DNA of 64,000 nt from an uncultured virus (IMG/VR IMGVR_UViG_3300022921_000003) (IMGVR_UViG_3300022921_000003); one strand, 5' to 3'. Positions 18,232 through 28,269 are shown, numbered from the stretch's first letter. A program made the numbers and translations. The notes: generated from the sequence alone by a model not told the origin.

Positions 18232-18412
18232 TTACGTCAACTTCCTGATCAACATATTCAACAGGTGACTTGACAAAACTATTTGCAACGTCTCTGCGTT
18301 GCATCTCTAGTTTGTCACCCACTCTATTTGCCATATCGTCTTGAAAAATTCTTTCTGCCTCAATATTATTTCCTGAGACAATTGCGTTTAGTAAATCTTT
18401 TGTGGTGTTCAT
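18218..18412 (-). CDS. gp67-like prohead core protein
   Basis: Small acidic ORF right after the portal: DLLNAIVSGNNIEAE..F...M..RV...LE..R..VA.SF. Confidence 0.6.
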   Translation of the reverse strand: MNTTKDLLNAIVSGNNIEAERIFQDDMANRVGDKLEMQRRDVANSFVKSPVEYVDQEVDVNEED

Positions 18413-20061
18413 TGTTCATCTCCTTCATCACCAAATGCGTCATCATCAGATGGAATACCATCTTGTTCTGGGTCTTCGTAATCAGGCATTTCGTCTGGTG
18501 CAATAATACCACCAGCACCATCCTGTGGATAACGAGTTACACCATCGGAACCATCTGGAATATCGACGCCACCTTCTAATGGGTCCATATCACGTTCTTT
18601 CGCAATCTGATCCCGCATCTCTGAGATTTCTGCATCATTCATGTTCAATACACGTTTGAGAACATACTCTTTTGAGAAGAATGTTCCAATGTATGACTGA
18701 ATGCTATCAAGTGTTTGAATTCTGTCGTTAAGTAGTTCTGCCTCTTTCAGTTCTGCGAAGTGACCATCTTCTAGGAAGTCAAACTGAATATGCTCTTGCA
18801 TATTTGGCCAGTCTTCTGGTGAAATTACTCCCTTCAATAGAAGGTTTGTCTTTAATAGGTCTACGAAGAGGGGGGTAAACTTCTTACGAATACGTTGTAC
18901 GAATTTTGTAAATTTAAGTTCGTCTCTAGTAATTTCTGAGGTTCGTCCAAGACTAAATCCGTTTTCAGCTTCAAGTCTTGAAATCGGCACGTTAAGTGAA
19001 CGGTATAGTTTCCGTTGGAAATATACGATGTCATCAATCTCTCCTAGATTAGAACCGCCGGGAAGTGTGGTAATCTCTGTACCTCTACCACCTTCTCTTC
19101 GTGGAAGCCAAAAGTCTTCCAACATACTCATGTGGTTGCGGTCATCACGAATCTCACCTGTGCTTGCATCGTACACTAACTTGTTACGATAACGGTTCAT
19201 AACGTCTTTTAGATACTGTTCTGCTTTAACCTTTGGTAGATTACCAACGTCAATATAGAAAATTCTACGTTCTGGCGCACGAGAGATACGATAAATGACC
19301 AACGCATCCTCAATCATACGCAACTGATTAACAGGTTTGATTGCTTTGTGTAGATAAGAAAGAACCCGTCCTGATGAACTGTCGATCAAACCAGAAGGAA
19401 CATAACAAATTGCATCCTTGGAAATACGAATACCCTGTGATGTTGAGTTTGACATACCGCCGACACTTGAGTATCCCTTTTCATTATACACAAAATATTC
19501 TTCTACCTTTTCGATCATGTCAACTTGCGTCTTCTGATCTTTGTTCTTCTTTACTTCTCTGACCTTCTTAATCTTCATAGGGTCGATATTACGAATTTGT
19601 GTAATACCACGCCGAGGATTATTAACGTCAATAACTTTGTGATAGTAGATGCGACCGTCAACGTACCACCGTCTAAAGATATCGTGTCCCTTGACACTAA
19701 AATCTAATAGACGAAGGATTTCGTTGAACTCGTCACGAATTCTTTTTTTAATCTTCTCTGGATAGGGTAGATTGTCTAGTGTGATTTGTACTGCAACGTC
19801 ATTCGTATTTGCTACGATTGATTCGTTTACAATATCCTCAACTGCGGCATCACACTCTGATTGTAATGCAATATCTCTGTATCTTCGAATAAGGTCAATG
19901 TCTGACCTTTCACGCCCGTCTGTGTTGAGTACAGACGATAAAAAACCACCGCCAGCAACGTCAATTGCGCCGTCATCAGGAGTAGGGGTGGTGAATGTCT
20001 TTTCACCACCCTCTACTTCTTTGGTTGCTCTTTGAATTTGGAACCCAAAAAGTTGTGCCAT
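18409..20061 (-). CDS. gp20: gp20 portal vertex protein
   Basis: YLHKAIKPVNQLRMIEDALVIYRISRAPERRIFYIDVGNLPK and EDFWLPRREGGRGTEI. Confidence 0.98.
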   Translation of the reverse strand: MAQLFGFQIQRATKEVEGGEKTFTTPTPDDGAIDVAGGGFLSSVLNTDGRERSDIDLIRRYRDIALQSECDAAVEDIVNESIVANTNDVAVQITLDNLPYPEKIKKRIRDEFNEILRLLDFSVKGHDIFRRWYVDGRIYYHKVIDVNNPRRGITQIRNIDPMKIKKVREVKKNKDQKTQVDMIEKVEEYFVYNEKGYSSVGGMSNSTSQGIRISKDAICYVPSGLIDSSSGRVLSYLHKAIKPVNQLRMIEDALVIYRISRAPERRIFYIDVGNLPKVKAEQYLKDVMNRYRNKLVYDASTGEIRDDRNHMSMLEDFWLPRREGGRGTEITTLPGGSNLGEIDDIVYFQRKLYRSLNVPISRLEAENGFSLGRTSEITRDELKFTKFVQRIRKKFTPLFVDLLKTNLLLKGVISPEDWPNMQEHIQFDFLEDGHFAELKEAELLNDRIQTLDSIQSYIGTFFSKEYVLKRVLNMNDAEISEMRDQIAKERDMDPLEGGVDIPDGSDGVTRYPQDGAGGIIAPDEMPDYEDPEQDGIPSDDDAFGDEGDEQ

Positions 20062-20099
20062 AATATCTCCTACTGTATCTTCTATTTAGTAGGTTTAAA

Positions 20100-20633
20100 T
20101 TAGAAGTTCACGCCTGAAGCTTCAAAGTGTTGATATCTCCATGTTACTTCAAATTCTTCAATCGCATCTGCTGTGTCAGATGTTAATTCGATTGCAGAAA
20201 TTGTTGTTGGCCATGCACTTCTAAAGATATATGTCTTTAGCACTGTATCATCACGATCAAGTTGTTCCACTGTGAGGTCCGTCTGATAATCAGCAGGAGC
20301 AACAACACCAGTATTGTTTGCAAGATCGTTGATACCGTTACTCCAACGTTCCATCGCATTGCGGATCATGAAGTCTGTGTCATTCATGAACGTAGTTGTC
20401 CATGTTTCTTCAAAAGTTCTGTCACCAGCAATGTAGATGTTCCTGCCTCTGAATGGGATTGCAATCTCACCCAAAGTTTGTGCAGGAAGGTTGGAGGCAC
20501 GAACTAGAAATGAGGTTCTACGAACATCAAGTCCAATTGCAATGCCGGGTGGTGGAGTGACCGTTACACGAAACTGGTTCGCACGAGCACCACCACCGAG
20601 TAGGTTAGCTTTGAAATCGTCAATATTAGCCAT
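20100..20633 (-). CDS. gp19: gp19 tail tube protein
   Basis: GGGARANQF...FRGR.IYIAGDRTFE..W...IEEFEVTW.Y. Confidence 0.93.
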   Translation of the reverse strand: MANIDDFKANLLGGGARANQFRVTVTPPPGIAIGLDVRRTSFLVRASNLPAQTLGEIAIPFRGRNIYIAGDRTFEETWTTTFMNDTDFMIRNAMERWSNGINDLANNTGVVAPADYQTDLTVEQLDRDDTVLKTYIFRSAWPTTISAIELTSDTADAIEEFEVTWRYQHFEASGVNF

Positions 20634-20635
20634 GA

Positions 20636-22639
20636 TTAACCTCCTACCTCACTAAACGATACGCCCGTTCTTACGGCAATAAAGTTCAGTGTAATAAAGT
20701 TAATGGAACGAGCAGGTTTGATGTAAATATCACCAATAAACTCGTTACGGTCAATCACCTCACCAGTGTTGTTTGATGCGTCACAAACTACACGGAAGTC
20801 GGTAATACCTCTACGACCTTGGACATCACGAAGGAATGGTTCAACTAGGTTACGGAACTGTGCCCGAGTGAACTCATCGTTGAATTCGAAGAGTTGGAAC
20901 TTAGCAGCAGTTGCGATTGCCTTCTCAAGAACCAAGAACAACCGACGCACGTTAATGCGGTCAAATGCACTTGGTTTTGAAAGTGCAGTCTTATCACCGA
21001 ATAGAACCACACCTTGGCCTGGGAAGTCCGTTACAGGATTAACTCTTGCACGGTATAGACGATCTCTCTCTGCCTTCGTTGGATTGAAGGAGAGTTTGAT
21101 TGCACCACGGACATTACCACGATTGAAACCAGCAGGTGAGAACCAAGGGTCTGCAACACCATCTGTGTATGCACAAAGACCAGCAGTATCACCATTTAGA
21201 GGAACGAAGCGATACACATCGTTGTACTTGTCGTAAATGTACTTGTATCCACTGTCGTAAACCATGTAAGATGATGATGGGCAGAGGTTAAATGCATCAA
21301 TCACATTGTCTGCCTGTGTGATGTTAGATGTAACATTCACTGTAGCAGCACGATATGGTGATACGAAACCAACACAGTCTTTTCTCAACTCAACTAGGTC
21401 TGTAATCATGGTCACATGAGTGTCCTGTGCAGAAGCACTATCTGCAACCGCTGAACTAGGACCACCTAGAACTAGGTTGATGTCAAGTGATTCTGTGTCT
21501 GCAAACTTGTCGTATGCAAGAGCAAGTTCACCAGCAGTTACTGCATAGTCATCTGTACCACTTGTAAGAGTAACCACAACAGGTGCATTGACAGCAGTGT
21601 ATGCTGAAGTTGTATCCGTACCCCAGTTTGTACCAGCAGATGTGTGATCCATCCAGTAAATGTAGTTAGACTGACGGAAGATAACGTCTGGATAGTAGTT
21701 ACCACCCCCCTGTGCAGTCTTTGCAACAGGGTTCTTAGACAGGTTGGCAAACACTTCAATAATACCGTTTGTACGGTTACCAGCAACATCTACGTCGAAA
21801 CCAGTGATATCACCAGTTGTGTCATAAACACAAACATGGAGTTCATCACCAGTACCACGGCCGTTTGCAGTGGCCCAATCTGATGTGCCTGGGGCAGCAT
21901 CAAACAGGTCATAGAAACGCCAACGTCTGCGAATGAAACTGTTATCAGGAATGATTGCCTTAACACCAGAACCGTTTGGATCGTCTTTTAGACGAACTGT
22001 AAGGTCATTTGAAGAAATTGCAGTAATTTCGTACTCGTTTCCTTCGTCACCAGTGTTAAATGTGAATAGTGTTGCGTCTGAAGATGCATCTGCACTTGAG
22101 AAGGAGATAAGATCACCAACACTAAAGGCAGTACCGTCATCAACACCGATTGTTGTTGAACCAGCAGCATCTTCACCAGTTGTCTGGTTAGAAGAACCGA
22201 GGTTCTCTTCGAATGCGGTAGCAGATGGGCAGATGGAAACACCGATACCATTTGCCCAAGCACCGGCAGTTCTTGCAGCCCACTCACCAACAGTTGCCTG
22301 TCCAGTGGAATATGCGTTAAGATAATGGTCTGTGTCCCGAATAAGGACCGCAGAACCAGATGCAACAGCGTTTACAATACCTGATTCTGCACGAACTACT
22401 CGTAGTGCATCACCGTATTGTAGAAAGCTTGATGCAGTAAACCAAAATTCAAAATTTGAACCATTAGGTTTACCAAAGACTTGTACCAATTCCTGTTCAG
22501 ATGAGATTGCCGTTACAGTAGAAACTGGTCCTCTTTCAAAAGGACCGGCAATAGCACCGATAGAAGTTGATACAGCGGGAACGACATTCGTAAGATCAAT
22601 TTCTCTTACATGAACGCCAGGTGAAACTAGAAATCCCAT
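20636..22639 (-). CDS. gp18: gp18 tail sheath protein
   Basis: SPGVHVREID...PWFSPAG.NRG...FDRINVRRLF...YIKPARSINFI. Confidence 0.97.
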   Translation of the reverse strand: MGFLVSPGVHVREIDLTNVVPAVSTSIGAIAGPFERGPVSTVTAISSEQELVQVFGKPNGSNFEFWFTASSFLQYGDALRVVRAESGIVNAVASGSAVLIRDTDHYLNAYSTGQATVGEWAARTAGAWANGIGVSICPSATAFEENLGSSNQTTGEDAAGSTTIGVDDGTAFSVGDLISFSSADASSDATLFTFNTGDEGNEYEITAISSNDLTVRLKDDPNGSGVKAIIPDNSFIRRRWRFYDLFDAAPGTSDWATANGRGTGDELHVCVYDTTGDITGFDVDVAGNRTNGIIEVFANLSKNPVAKTAQGGGNYYPDVIFRQSNYIYWMDHTSAGTNWGTDTTSAYTAVNAPVVVTLTSGTDDYAVTAGELALAYDKFADTESLDINLVLGGPSSAVADSASAQDTHVTMITDLVELRKDCVGFVSPYRAATVNVTSNITQADNVIDAFNLCPSSSYMVYDSGYKYIYDKYNDVYRFVPLNGDTAGLCAYTDGVADPWFSPAGFNRGNVRGAIKLSFNPTKAERDRLYRARVNPVTDFPGQGVVLFGDKTALSKPSAFDRINVRRLFLVLEKAIATAAKFQLFEFNDEFTRAQFRNLVEPFLRDVQGRRGITDFRVVCDASNNTGEVIDRNEFIGDIYIKPARSINFITLNFIAVRTGVSFSEVGG

Positions 22640-22679
22640 TGTTTTACTCCTTAGTTAAAGAGTTGTTATTCTCTGAAAT

Positions 22680-22687
22680 TATTTATA
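22680..22687 (-). promoter_or_regulatory. late promoter TATAAATA for gp18
   Basis: Exact consensus upstream of an AAGGAG SD. Confidence 0.75.
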
Positions 22688-22730
22688 AAAAAGTCGATTT
22701 GCAAACCGTCAATTTATAAGTGTTATATCA

Positions 22731-22738
22731 TATAAATA
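22731..22738 (+). promoter_or_regulatory. late promoter TATAAATA (plus strand), 5 nt upstream of an ATG
   Basis: TATAAATA acatt ATG; divergent from the gp18 promoter. Confidence 0.65.
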
Positions 22739-22743
22739 ACATT

Positions 22744-23043
22744 ATGAATGAACATTACGAAAAATACAAAGAAACCATCAAAAAGGTATCTAGGAGAAAC
22801 TACCAGAAACGTAAGATACTTCTGGAAGAGTTTCTAGTTGATAAATCTTGTAGACACTGTGGTGAGTCTGAGCATGTGTGTCTCAAGTTCTATCCTCATG
22901 ATGCAGAGATACGCAAGGTATCAAAGAGAGTTGGAACAAGTGATGATAGCCGAAAGGAAGTCTTTCATCTCATAGATCAGTCAACCATCCTCTGTTACAA
23001 CTGTTATATCAAGAAACATCATGATTTAATCGAATTTATTTGA
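22744..23043 (+). CDS. HNH-like zinc-binding protein, catalytic residues apparently degenerate
   Basis: CRHC...LKFYPH...LCYNCYIKKH; two CxxC pairs, with Tyr where His is usual. Confidence 0.6.
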   Translation: MNEHYEKYKETIKKVSRRNYQKRKILLEEFLVDKSCRHCGESEHVCLKFYPHDAEIRKVSKRVGTSDDSRKEVFHLIDQSTILCYNCYIKKHHDLIEFI

Positions 23044-23087
23044 CCTATATATAATTATAGTGATTTGAGTCATAAAGGAGTATCATT

Positions 23088-24056
23088 ATGAAATCATTAA
23101 TTTATGGGGTATTTACCCTACTACTATGCATGTCTTCAGTTCATGCATCAACACCCGCAAAATTTATTATCGACACTGGACCCCTTGGAGTCCACAGTTG
23201 GTTTCTGAAAGGCATCAAAGACGGTGCATTTTCTAAACGTGGACTAGATATTGAATTTGTAGGAAAGGGTCCAGGCAGTTATAAATCTGGTCTGACGCTC
23301 GCAACTGGAAGAGCAGATATTGGATATCATGACTATAGTGGTGTAGTTCTTGCTAATAGTAAATCAGATGACCCTAAAGTTTTAGCAATCTTTGTCGTTG
23401 ATGACAAGTTACAAAATGCAGTACTTACACTTAAATCATCAGGTATTAAGACATTCGATGATTTAAATGGACGTAAACTTGGTAGTCATCCCACTAGTTT
23501 TACCAACAAGGCACTTTCTACTGTAACATCTGCCAAATGGGTGGATGTTCCTACACACATGCCTGCCCGTGTCCCTGCACTTATTTCTGGACATGTTGAT
23601 GCTATCGGTGGGTTTCCGACATCTGTTCTTTTCAATCTGGAAAAGGCAGGGGTTGGTGTTGACGAGTTAAACATCCTTAAACTTAGTGACCACTTTCCAA
23701 TGGCAGTAAGTCGAGTAATTTCTGTAAATGCAGATTGGGCATCAGAAAACCCACAAGCAGTGAAAGTTCTTCGTGAAGTGTCACGAGAACTGTTAAATGA
23801 TTTTATTAAAAATCCTGCGGCAAGTGTGTCTGCATTGGAAGGTCCAATTGTATCCACAGATAAAAAAGTGAACACTGAAATCAGAAGGGCTCAATACGGT
23901 ATTGACGAACTTGTTATGACACCATTTGTACAGAAGAATGGAATTAGTAATGCTGGTGCGGTTAGTCCTCGTTTAAGTGAATATACAAATCTACTAGTGG
24001 AAAAATTGAATTTACCAACTCGTCATCCAGACAACAAGTATTTTGTTCTAGATTAA
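23088..24056 (+). CDS. ABC transporter substrate-binding protein (NMT1/THI5-SsuA/TauA type) with signal peptide
   Basis: Signal peptide ending VHA; G.F...GLDIEF..G.GS, SGIKTFDDLNGRKLG, ALISGHVDA, WASENPQAV. Confidence 0.85.
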   Translation: MKSLIYGVFTLLLCMSSVHASTPAKFIIDTGPLGVHSWFLKGIKDGAFSKRGLDIEFVGKGPGSYKSGLTLATGRADIGYHDYSGVVLANSKSDDPKVLAIFVVDDKLQNAVLTLKSSGIKTFDDLNGRKLGSHPTSFTNKALSTVTSAKWVDVPTHMPARVPALISGHVDAIGGFPTSVLFNLEKAGVGVDELNILKLSDHFPMAVSRVISVNADWASENPQAVKVLREVSRELLNDFIKNPAASVSALEGPIVSTDKKVNTEIRRAQYGIDELVMTPFVQKNGISNAGAVSPRLSEYTNLLVEKLNLPTRHPDNKYFVLD

Positions 24057-24790
24057 TGAAACACACATTTGTAACTATTTCTGTAGTTGTACTAACATGG
24101 GAACTATTGATAAAGGGTGGTTATATTCCTGGCTTATGGGATATAACCACCACCTTCTTTGCGTTATCAGTTGATCCTAATTTTCTTTATAACCTATGGA
24201 TTAGTTTGTTGAGACTCGTTGTAGGTTGGTCAATTGGAATGTTGATTGGAACTACCATCGGCATCTTCATGGGCAGTAACATCCATGTAAAGAAACTTAC
24301 AATGCCATTGGTCAGTTGTTTGTTTCCCATTCCAAAAATCGCACTATTACCTCTGTTCATAGTTCTTCTAGGAATAGGGGAATTGAGCAAGATAACAACT
24401 ATCTTCATTGGTGCGTTCTTTCCAAGTATATTGAACGCATACAATTCTGTCATAAGAACACCCACCATCTATGTGGAAGCATCTCGTTCTTGTGGTGCGG
24501 GTTATTGGCCCACTTTGCGGAAAATAGTTTTACCATATAGTATGCCGACGATAATCGCAGGATTTAGGACAAGCGGTAGTTTGTCATTGGTTTTGTTGGT
24601 TGCAGCAGAAATGTTAGGTGCAAAATATGGTTTGGGAAACTGGATATTCATGACCGGCGGAGAAATGGATTTTGCAGAAATGTTTGCTGGAATAATCTGG
24701 CTCAGTCTAATTGGTTTAGGAATTGGTTGGGGTACAGAGTTTTTGAAACGTAGATTTTGTAATTGGAGCACATATGGTGAGGGTGTTTGA
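24056..24790 (+). CDS. ABC transporter permease (SsuC/TauC/NitT type)
   Basis: SLLRLVVGW, PIPKIALLPLFIVLLGIGE, EAA loop YVEASRSCGA, LVAAEM.GA..GLG; translationally coupled to the binding protein (TAATG). Confidence 0.9.
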   Translation: MKHTFVTISVVVLTWELLIKGGYIPGLWDITTTFFALSVDPNFLYNLWISLLRLVVGWSIGMLIGTTIGIFMGSNIHVKKLTMPLVSCLFPIPKIALLPLFIVLLGIGELSKITTIFIGAFFPSILNAYNSVIRTPTIYVEASRSCGAGYWPTLRKIVLPYSMPTIIAGFRTSGSLSLVLLVAAEMLGAKYGLGNWIFMTGGEMDFAEMFAGIIWLSLIGLGIGWGTEFLKRRFCNWSTYGEGV

Positions 24791-26434
24791 TTACCAATCA
24801 CTCTCATAGTTTCTGACAATAGGTGACCAACGAGTTCCATACTCGTCAACCATCTCACCAATATTCTCGTCTTCTAGTCCTGTGACTACAAAACCAAACG
24901 GAGCCATATCCTGTTCTAGTGCGTCCTGTTGTTCTCGCATCATAGTTCTACGAATGTCATTATCAGTGAGTTCTTTGAAGTACTGTTGGTCTGTCATCCA
25001 TGCAAAGATGAACAGACATGCAACCAAGTCATCGTTACATCCATCGTCTGCTTCATGGGAGTGTCCCTTTACGATGAATGTAGACAGTTCGTTGATACAG
25101 TCGTAATCTTCTATGATGAGTTTATTATCCTCTACCAACTGTTTTAGGTTTGAACACCCAATCTTCTTGACTGCCTTGGTTGTTCTCACACCCAACTGAG
25201 CCCTACCACCAGAGAACCCACCACCAAGAACCTGTCCTGCTCGTCCACGCATGGATGCCATAACTAGGTTATCATACTCTAGGTCAAACTGCATTGCGTT
25301 TGCGACCTGTTCACCAATGTCATTGACCTCAATCAATACGAATGCTTGATTGTATGCCCTTGCAACATCGTATATCTTTGAGGGAAAGATAAGAGGTTTC
25401 AGTTCGTTGTCTCTAAACTTTGCAACCAACTTGTATGGCATCTGAGTTACATCAAACACACAGAATGCAGAATAGTCGTTTGCAGTACCTCTAGAAACGT
25501 CTGCGGTGAGGACGTAGGTGTGTCCTTGTTGTGGGGGTATGTGAACATCCAACCCTGCGTTAGACTGTTTGGGTTCTCTGTAAGTCATCACACGAAGTTT
25601 GGATGGTGAGATAAGTGTGTCAATAGAACCAAGAAACTCACACTCAAACTCTGTGTTGAACTGCGCCTCTGACGTATTCTTGATTGTCTCTGCCTTCCAT
25701 GCCTCGTCTCTACCAGGCACTTCTGACCAGTGAACCTCAATAGGAACGTATGTGTTACGTCCCTCTTCTGCATCCACCCACAACTTGTAGAACATATTCA
25801 TACCGTGTGGTGTAGAAACAATCATTACCTTCGTTGATTTACCTGATGAAATTGTGGGGTACACAGAGGAAAAGAACTGCTCAGCAACGTTGGCCGGAAC
25901 ATAAGCAAATTCATCAAGAAATATGATGTTATAAGACCCACCACGCACAGCACTAGCACTAGTAGATGAAGCGAGTATCTTTGAACCATTTTCCAACTCC
26001 AAGGAACCTTTGTTCCATGCCATAACACCTTGTTGCAACCATTTGGGCAAATGTTCGTATGCCAACTGCAAACGACCAAGAAGGTCACGAGCAGTTGCGG
26101 CCTTGTTCGCAAGGATTGCAACGTTCACACTATCGTTAAACAGAACGTAATGTAAAAGGTATGAGATAATTGTTGTGGACTTACCAGACTGTCTAGGAAG
26201 TTTGCAGATGGTAAAACGATTACTATGGAAGGTTCCCACCATCTCCTTCTGAAAATCATACATCTTAAACGGTACAAGTCCCTCGTCAAGAGAAACAATC
26301 CTGACGTAGTTCTGAATGAAGTACAGGGGGTCTTCCATGCACCTCTGATATTCTTGGAGTTCTTCTTTCGTCCAAGACTGTGCAACGTTAGCTCGTTTGA
26401 GGTTTGGGTTTCCTAGATAGACTTGTTCAGTCAT
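24791..26434 (-). CDS. gp17: gp17 terminase large subunit
   Basis: YLGNPNLK, PRQSGKST, IFLDEFA, STPHG and NDDLV motifs. Confidence 0.97.
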   Translation of the reverse strand: MTEQVYLGNPNLKRANVAQSWTKEELQEYQRCMEDPLYFIQNYVRIVSLDEGLVPFKMYDFQKEMVGTFHSNRFTICKLPRQSGKSTTIISYLLHYVLFNDSVNVAILANKAATARDLLGRLQLAYEHLPKWLQQGVMAWNKGSLELENGSKILASSTSASAVRGGSYNIIFLDEFAYVPANVAEQFFSSVYPTISSGKSTKVMIVSTPHGMNMFYKLWVDAEEGRNTYVPIEVHWSEVPGRDEAWKAETIKNTSEAQFNTEFECEFLGSIDTLISPSKLRVMTYREPKQSNAGLDVHIPPQQGHTYVLTADVSRGTANDYSAFCVFDVTQMPYKLVAKFRDNELKPLIFPSKIYDVARAYNQAFVLIEVNDIGEQVANAMQFDLEYDNLVMASMRGRAGQVLGGGFSGGRAQLGVRTTKAVKKIGCSNLKQLVEDNKLIIEDYDCINELSTFIVKGHSHEADDGCNDDLVACLFIFAWMTDQQYFKELTDNDIRRTMMREQQDALEQDMAPFGFVVTGLEDENIGEMVDEYGTRWSPIVRNYESDW

Positions 26435-26607
26435 TGTCTACTTTTCCAAAAATGCGTTCCGTAGTAATGATCTTTTGTATACGGTGTTTTTCTATTGTAC
26501 CCCTGATTTGCCTTGTAAATTTTTGTTCCATCGTCATCATATTCCCAGACTCTTTCATCGGGATTATGACTCTGTATTGGACCTTCTTTTATATCATCTT
26601 TTTTCAT
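26431..26607 (-). CDS. small hypothetical protein (58 aa), coupled to gp17
   Basis: MKKDDIKEG...; ATG is 5 nt after TATAAATA (26613-26620); stop overlaps the gp17 ATG. Confidence 0.55.
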   Translation of the reverse strand: MKKDDIKEGPIQSHNPDERVWEYDDDGTKIYKANQGYNRKTPYTKDHYYGTHFWKSRQ

Positions 26608-26611
26608 GTTT

Positions 26612-27613
26612 CTATTTATATCTAACAAATGTGCCGTCCTCATATACAATACTATTAAGAACATAATGACCTTGATCAACACCTAGATATCGTGATTGTT
26701 TCTTATATACTAAAGGAAAAGAACTCTCTTTTTGTTTTGTGTTTAGATATTCCTCATTTTTATCATAGTCATATATGTATTTTTTCATTGGCCACTTATA
26801 TGTTCCATAGTCACCATTATGTCCAGCATATGGATTAGATAAAGACCACTGTTCAAAATAGTCTGTGTAGAAAAATGCACGCTCTAGGTGGTGTGTAGAG
26901 GGGTCTTTTAAAAATCTTAGTGAGTGATGTCTTGTAGACAAATCATCTATACTTCTAGCAAGCCACCAAAGTAACTCCCAACATGTCTCTGGCACATATG
27001 GAGATGTATCAATATATTTCTCAATAGTGTTTAAAATATCAGAGTCTTTTATAATATTAATCCAATCACTATCTTTAATCTTAAAGAATTCTTCCATAGA
27101 CATTGTTGATGATATTGCAAGAAATAATTCGTCTCCACCGTTACCATTCACATTAATTGATTGTCCATTCCACAACTCAATATTATCGTAGATATAGTTC
27201 TTATGAGAATGCCACTGTAAATTAATTTTCTTATTCACCAACAAATCATAAAAACGTGGATTTTCTTGCACACTGTTTGTTGATAGATAAACTGTAAGAC
27301 TTGTATCCAACCTTCTAGTTTTCAATAGACTTACCAATGCACATGTGCTGTCTATACCACCAGACCACCATAATCGTATTGGTTTACCAATATCCCATAA
27401 TTCTACAGCCCTGCGATTAGTCAACTCTTCAAATGTACCTACAGGTTTTGGTGAGATATTATCTGGTAATGGGTTCTCTACCAAATCTAGTTGATTATCA
27501 AACCCATGTCTAAAACGTGGAGAGTGTAAACCAAAACTAGTTGCTAATTTATACTCATCTCTTGCACTTATTTCTGGAAAAGAATTTAGATGATAATATA
27601 TAATCTTACTCAC
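26612..27613 (-). CDS. PP-loop (adenine nucleotide alpha-hydrolase) protein, asparagine-synthase C-domain-like
   Basis: WWSGGIDST and NGNGGDELF motifs. Confidence 0.7.
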   Translation of the reverse strand: MSKIIYYHLNSFPEISARDEYKLATSFGLHSPRFRHGFDNQLDLVENPLPDNISPKPVGTFEELTNRRAVELWDIGKPIRLWWSGGIDSTCALVSLLKTRRLDTSLTVYLSTNSVQENPRFYDLLVNKKINLQWHSHKNYIYDNIELWNGQSINVNGNGGDELFLAISSTMSMEEFFKIKDSDWINIIKDSDILNTIEKYIDTSPYVPETCWELLWWLARSIDDLSTRHHSLRFLKDPSTHHLERAFFYTDYFEQWSLSNPYAGHNGDYGTYKWPMKKYIYDYDKNEEYLNTKQKESSFPLVYKKQSRYLGVDQGHYVLNSIVYEDGTFVRYK

Positions 27614-28269
27614 TTTTCCCCCTCAACATATCAACAATCTCTGCTTCGTCCTTGGTCATACCCCAAGTCGGCGGGATTTTGAGATACTCTTCTTCTTCCG
27701 CCGTGTTCTCTCTTCCCAGAACCTTGTTGCGATGGGGGAACCGGCCGAACCGGGCGATTACATCACGGTGATCAATCGATGAGGCAAGCGACTTTTCGTC
27801 GTCAAACGCTTTGTATTTTTCAACCGCAATGTCCTGATCGCTCAGTTTCTCGCTATGTACCAGCGGCAGGTAAAAGAATTTGCGCGCCTCGAGACTTATA
27901 GCAGCATCGAAGTCCTGCGCGAGGGCGTGATGCGACAAATTGCAGGCTTTGGCATCCGTGTGAAACGCCTTGCCGGTGCCTCGGTAGATATTGCGCGGGA
28001 ACTGGTCGAGTGAAATTACCAGTGCCAAGCATTCCGAGGGTGTTTCTTTCAGATGGTCCAACTCACCCGCAGCAGCACATTCATGCACGGAGGCAAACCG
28101 GGCGATCAATTCTGCATCGAATTCGGGCGTAGATTTAAACCAGATACGTCGTTTTTTCACACTCTCAGACATATCGGATGTGCCGAACCAGAACTTCAGG
28201 ATGTCTTTGGCAATGGAGTCCATTAGGTCTTTGGTGTAGTTATTCTTACTCACTTTTACCCTTCAACAT
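27604..28269. repeat. 26-bp imperfect direct repeat (27604-27629 and 28244-28269) flanking the DUF924 gene
   Basis: tcttactcacttttCccCctcaacat versus tcttactcacttttAccCttcaacat, 24/26 identical; they encode MLRGKSE* and MLKGKSE*. Confidence 0.75.
27606..28253 (-). CDS. DUF924 family protein of bacterial type
   Basis: ILKFWFG...WF...FDAE..RF, LDQFPRNIYRG, FFYLPLVHSE, RFGRFPHRN..LGR; visibly richer in GC than its neighbours. Confidence 0.9.
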   Translation of the reverse strand: MSKNNYTKDLMDSIAKDILKFWFGTSDMSESVKKRRIWFKSTPEFDAELIARFASVHECAAAGELDHLKETPSECLALVISLDQFPRNIYRGTGKAFHTDAKACNLSHHALAQDFDAAISLEARKFFYLPLVHSEKLSDQDIAVEKYKAFDDEKSLASSIDHRDVIARFGRFPHRNKVLGRENTAEEEEYLKIPPTWGMTKDEAEIVDMLRGKSE

